Virus record (IMG/VR): IMGVR_UViG_3300027985_001212
Reading direction: 5' to 3' (one strand)
Length of the DNA: 20,000 nucleotides
Source of the DNA: an uncultured virus (IMG/VR IMGVR_UViG_3300027985_001212)
Lineage: Duplodnaviria > Heunggongvirae > Uroviricota > Caudoviricetes
Part shown: one piece after another, positions 16,649 to 20,000 of the stretch
Position numbering within the stretch: the first letter of the stretch is position 1
Layout: the number at the start of each line of letters is the position of its first letter
Made by a program: the position numbers and the translations under genes
Notes under the pieces: generated by a model
Database searches by the model: none
What the model saw: the letters and a program-made list of their open reading frames with translations, nothing else
Told to the model about the DNA's origin: nothing

Positions 16649-17752
16649 ATGAAAGAATACGTTGACTACATCCGCGATATCTACGAAAACGGACATACTG
16701 ATGATAACCGCACTAATAATCCGGCGCGTAAAGTGTTTGGTCGGATGATGCGGTTCGATCTAACCGAATGCAAATTCCCGCTGGTACAGGCGAAGTTTAC
16801 TCCGATCAAAAACATCGCACGTGAACTGCTCTGGTTTATTTCGGGCGATACCAACAATGAAACACTGGCGGAGCAAGGGTGTCATATCTGGGATAACTGG
16901 GCTGTTGAAGACGGTGATCTGGGCCCGATCTACGGTAAGCAATGGCGTGACTTTGGGGTCCCTGGTTCACTGATCAGTGTCGACCAAATTAACGAACTAA
17001 TCGAAGGGCTTCGTGAGAAACCGTTATCTCGACGACACATCGTCAATGCCTGGAACCCAACGGTCTTGCCGAATGAGAAATACAGTCCCCAGGAAAATGT
17101 AAAGATGGGGCTGCAATCGCTGGCGCCTTGCCACGCGCTTTTTCAATGCCATGTGCGTACTCTGAAACTTGCTGACCATAATCGTTACATTACTGGGCGA
17201 ATGCGAGAACTGGGTATTGAGTTTAACCCGCTGGAAGATACGGTTGCTAACATGCAGCCGGAAACAGAAACGATTCTACGGGAGACCATTTTCAAAGACA
17301 ATATCGATTACTTTGATCAATGGCTAAACTATTGCCGTAAAGAATATCCTAAGTCTCGGCTCCGGTCTGTAATCTTCCACCAACTGTCTAACATGGGACA
17401 AATCCCACAATACGGCCTGAGCTTGCAGCTATATCAAAGATCATGCGACAGCCCCGCCGGCGTGCCCTTCAACATTGCTTCCTACGCCATGCTGAATATC
17501 ATGCTGGCACGCCTCGTAGGTATGGCCCCGCTGGAGTTTATTTGGATGGGCGGTGATTGTCATATCTATGAAAACCAGATTGAAGCGGTTGAAGAGATGT
17601 TGGCTCGACCACTGGTGGAAACCACGCCGTATTTGATCCTGCCGGAACATACTCGCAACTATACGCATTTGGAAGATTTCAAGTTGGATGATATTACGTG
17701 CGTAACGAATTATCATCCACATCCCAAAATCGAGGTTGCGATTTCAATCTAA
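16649..17752 (+). CDS. thyA: Thymidylate synthase (ThyA) with a large internal insertion, 367 aa
   Basis: ELLWFISG, IWDNWA, DLGPIYGKQWR, SRRHIVNAWN, catalytic LAPCH, LYQRSCD..GVPFNIASY and GDCHIYENQ. GAGGA SD. Confidence 0.97.
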   Translation: MKEYVDYIRDIYENGHTDDNRTNNPARKVFGRMMRFDLTECKFPLVQAKFTPIKNIARELLWFISGDTNNETLAEQGCHIWDNWAVEDGDLGPIYGKQWRDFGVPGSLISVDQINELIEGLREKPLSRRHIVNAWNPTVLPNEKYSPQENVKMGLQSLAPCHALFQCHVRTLKLADHNRYITGRMRELGIEFNPLEDTVANMQPETETILRETIFKDNIDYFDQWLNYCRKEYPKSRLRSVIFHQLSNMGQIPQYGLSLQLYQRSCDSPAGVPFNIASYAMLNIMLARLVGMAPLEFIWMGGDCHIYENQIEAVEEMLARPLVETTPYLILPEHTRNYTHLEDFKLDDITCVTNYHPHPKIEVAISI

Positions 17753-17762
17753 TGGCATAATA

Positions 17763-17797
17763 AGAAGAGTATCCCGCAATGGGATACTCTTCTATTT
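17763..17797 (+). terminator. Intrinsic terminator-like hairpin, possibly bidirectional
   Basis: AGAAGAGTATCCC-GCAAT-GGGATACTCTTCT (13-bp stem) followed by ATTT. Lies after the thyA stop. Confidence 0.75.
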
Positions 17798-17826
17798 AAG
17801 TCAAAAAAGCAAATAGGTAAACAGCG

Positions 17827-18279
17827 ATGGAATACATAGGAACGTTAGAGGATTTTAAAACGATAGGAGCTATCTTTAACATGCTCACTGAGCGCTGCGA
17901 GATGTTTAAACAGCAAAGTGTCCATTTCCCTATAAATAAAGCGGGTAATCTGTATCTGGAACTTGCTTGTAAGAGTGAAGGGATGGGGGACTATGACCCT
18001 AATGTGGTTAACGATACGCCTGAACAGACCGTTAAGTTGATGGTAGATAATTTTTACCTTTCTCTGAAACAGATACCGCAGCTGGCAGAAGAAGATTATC
18101 CTGAAAAATCAGTCATCAAAAAATACCTACAAGAATACCATGACTGGGTAATGACATACAATCACTTGGGGCGTGAAGTCCGCAATACACACATTTACCA
18201 TATATCAACACCGGATAAGTGCGCTTTCTTCCAGTGTACCTTGACGATATTGCTGAACTTTATGAAAAACAATAGCTAA
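17827..18279 (+). CDS. Hypothetical protein, 150 aa (putative accessory paralogue A)
   Basis: AGGT SD, AT-rich ORF. Resembles 18945..19379. Confidence 0.7.
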   Translation: MEYIGTLEDFKTIGAIFNMLTERCEMFKQQSVHFPINKAGNLYLELACKSEGMGDYDPNVVNDTPEQTVKLMVDNFYLSLKQIPQLAEEDYPEKSVIKKYLQEYHDWVMTYNHLGREVRNTHIYHISTPDKCAFFQCTLTILLNFMKNNS

Positions 18280-18442
18280 GGTTATCGAGTTTTTTTAATC
18301 TGCTATAATGGCATTAGTTCATGAAATCCATGCATCGTTAATAAATGTCAGGACCGCCCGCAGCTCATCCCAGCAGCAATACATGAAGAGCGCATACGCG
18401 TTCTTAAACGGTTTATTAAACAAACCCTAGAGGTTATAAACC

Positions 18443-18919
18443 ATGAACAATGATATCTACATCAACGGTAATTTAGTCAATCTGCCAAAGTATCTTAATA
18501 CGCTACGTGAGCGGGCATTGGAAAACCCCATGGCGTCGTCCTGTATGGTCATCGATCCAATGGAGGCCTGTGACCTTACAATAACGGTAATCTATATCGG
18601 GGATAAATATAAAATACCTGACCCCGAAACAGTGGATACCCCGGCGGTCAATGCAGTTAAGTTCACTTCGCTTATGCATCATCAGATAGTTGAAATTAAC
18701 GATACCGAACAACTCAATATCGTTCTATCTAAATTCGATGAAAAAATATTCTACGTTGCGATAACGGCGATGAAGTGGGTGGAGCAATTCAAACACTCAA
18801 ATGTTGTTGACGTTGACGGAAATAAAGCCATCCTTTTCATGCATAATGAAGGCACATTTCTGTTATCATTGGAAATCGTTTCTAGCACAGCTGAAAGCCA
18901 AGAGGCGGTGCTTAACTAA
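18443..18919 (+). CDS. Hypothetical protein, 158 aa (putative accessory paralogue B)
   Basis: GAGGT SD. Similar size and hydrophobic pattern to its neighbours. Confidence 0.7.
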   Translation: MNNDIYINGNLVNLPKYLNTLRERALENPMASSCMVIDPMEACDLTITVIYIGDKYKIPDPETVDTPAVNAVKFTSLMHHQIVEINDTEQLNIVLSKFDEKIFYVAITAMKWVEQFKHSNVVDVDGNKAILFMHNEGTFLLSLEIVSSTAESQEAVLN

Positions 18920-18944
18920 CTGGATTACTGGTAAGGTTTACAAA

Positions 18945-19379
18945 ATGCAGACTATGCACGATATGTTTAATCATTTATTTCATACAGCTGAACCTGGAAA
19001 AGATAGTTCTCTTAAGTGGCCGGTTGATGAAGGTAACTTGTTCTATATAGAGTTGGCTGTACTTAATCGCGGGCCCGGGATTATTATTAAATCCGAAATT
19101 GATGAAGCTGAATGTAGAGAAGTTACCATTAAACGACTGCAAGAGGGTATAAGCGGTTCGCTCGCCGGAAAAACAGTCGAGTTAGTTAACCCCGATGACT
19201 GGAAAACAGTTGCAGCGCAATACGCGAATGAATTTATTGATCACGTTTTCTCATTTAAAGAGAAAGCAGTAGATGAATCGAAAGAGTGTTTTGCAGTTAA
19301 ATACGATGATGAGGTGTATGTGGTCATGATAAGTGTAGTTCCTTATACGGAAGTTCATAGTGTCATGACCATTAATTAA
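18945..19379 (+). CDS. Hypothetical protein, 144 aa (putative accessory paralogue C)
   Basis: Start reassigned from 18801 to ATG 18945 (TAAGGT SD), which removes the overlap with the upstream gene. Confidence 0.7.
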   Translation: MQTMHDMFNHLFHTAEPGKDSSLKWPVDEGNLFYIELAVLNRGPGIIIKSEIDEAECREVTIKRLQEGISGSLAGKTVELVNPDDWKTVAAQYANEFIDHVFSFKEKAVDESKECFAVKYDDEVYVVMISVVPYTEVHSVMTIN

Positions 19380-19407
19380 ACCTGAAGCAGTACAGAGGTA
19401 GATAAGT

Positions 19408-19737
19408 ATGTCTTTTCTTGCTTTAGTTAAGAAATGGGTTTTACCTAAGCGAAAGTTTGATATAGATACCCGCGCAAAAATTATTGGGTCGGAACTTAAA
19501 CGTCTAGGTGCCGCTTTACATAATCCTAATTTTTCAACCACTGCCGTCCTATTATTTCTTACGGCAGAACTCGATCAAGATGGTGAAAGAAAAGCATTAG
19601 CAGAGCAGATCTACCGCGGCCCAGATAATGAAGTCATTACCAACCTCCATCGTTTTTTAATTAAAGGTGATCTGTTGAATCGTAGAAACGTAACGTATTT
19701 TCAAATTCCAGGAATCGATCTGAAACTACTCGATTGA
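19408..19737 (+). CDS. Hypothetical protein, 109 aa
   Basis: GAGGT SD and operon-like spacing. Confidence 0.65.
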   Translation: MSFLALVKKWVLPKRKFDIDTRAKIIGSELKRLGAALHNPNFSTTAVLLFLTAELDQDGERKALAEQIYRGPDNEVITNLHRFLIKGDLLNRRNVTYFQIPGIDLKLLD

Positions 19738-19746
19738 GGTGATATC

Positions 19747-20000
19747 ATGGTTGATCAGATTTCGCTTAGAGAGGCGTTCTATCGCCATATGCAACAGCGA
19801 TTGAAGAAATGGTATTTTTGCCAGGTCAACTATAGCGTCCAATATACGTACCCTGGGAATATGATGGATTTTCCCTACCGGGTAATCCTTAAGTTGGATC
19901 ATTGGTTAAGATTCCATCAGAAGTACACGGTTATACCCGATATTGTTGCCCCGCAATATGAAAGTAAACTGATTGAAGCCGTGCTTGATGTCGAAGAAGG
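19747..20000 (+). CDS. Hypothetical protein, 3' end outside the window
   Basis: Not in the ORF track. GAGGTGA SD overlaps the upstream stop. ATG 19747 opens a frame that runs to the window end: MVDQISLREAFYRHMQQRLKKWYFCQVNYSVQYTYPGNMMDFPYRVILKLDHWLRFHQKY... Confidence 0.7.
   Translation, partial: MVDQISLREAFYRHMQQRLKKWYFCQVNYSVQYTYPGNMMDFPYRVILKLDHWLRFHQKYTVIPDIVAPQYESKLIEAVLDVEE

Noticed and set aside
17156..17416. Intein or group I intron in thyA
   Set aside because: The segment is in frame and only 87 codons. It has no Cys/Ser start with His-Asn end, no homing-endonuclease motif and no stop codons.
16649..17752. dCMP hydroxymethylase or other base-modifying ThyA homologue
   Set aside because: The dUMP-specifying Asn (PFN) and all standard ThyA motifs are retained.
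18308..18430. 40-codon ORF MALVHEIHASLINV...LNKP in the intergenic gap
   Set aside because: No SD and no recognisable features. Its ATG overlaps the TATAAT element. It cannot be supported without expression data.
1..20000. CRISPR arrays, tRNA/rRNA genes, transposases or integrases
   Set aside because: No regularly spaced repeats, cloverleaf-like sequences or mobile-element motifs were seen, and the intergenic gaps are short.

Overview
This window is a gene-dense segment of a phiKZ-like jumbo phage (Chimalliviridae-type). The assignment rests on recalled protein motifs and gene order, not on a database search. Bases 1-13531 are a virion structural module. It starts with two minus-strand genes (gp87/gp88-like). 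Plus-strand gp89/gp90/gp91-like genes follow, then three paralogous internal-head proteins, one small inserted gene and four gp98-gp101-like genes. Bases 13633-17752 hold nucleotide and DNA metabolism genes: thymidylate kinase, a degenerate NAD-dependent DNA ligase homologue, a hypothetical gene and thymidylate synthase with a large insertion. From about 17800 to the end is an AT-richer accessory block that includes a probable triplet of paralogues. The headline observation concerns the internal-head propeptides. They carry S/A-X-Q motifs where phiKZ-type proteins carry the S/A/G-X-E prohead-protease sites, which suggests a maturation protease that cuts after glutamine. Other notable items are a ligase lacking its catalytic lysine, a 27-bp divergent gene junction, a TTATGCC-plus-hairpin intergenic element and phiKZ-type early promoter motifs.
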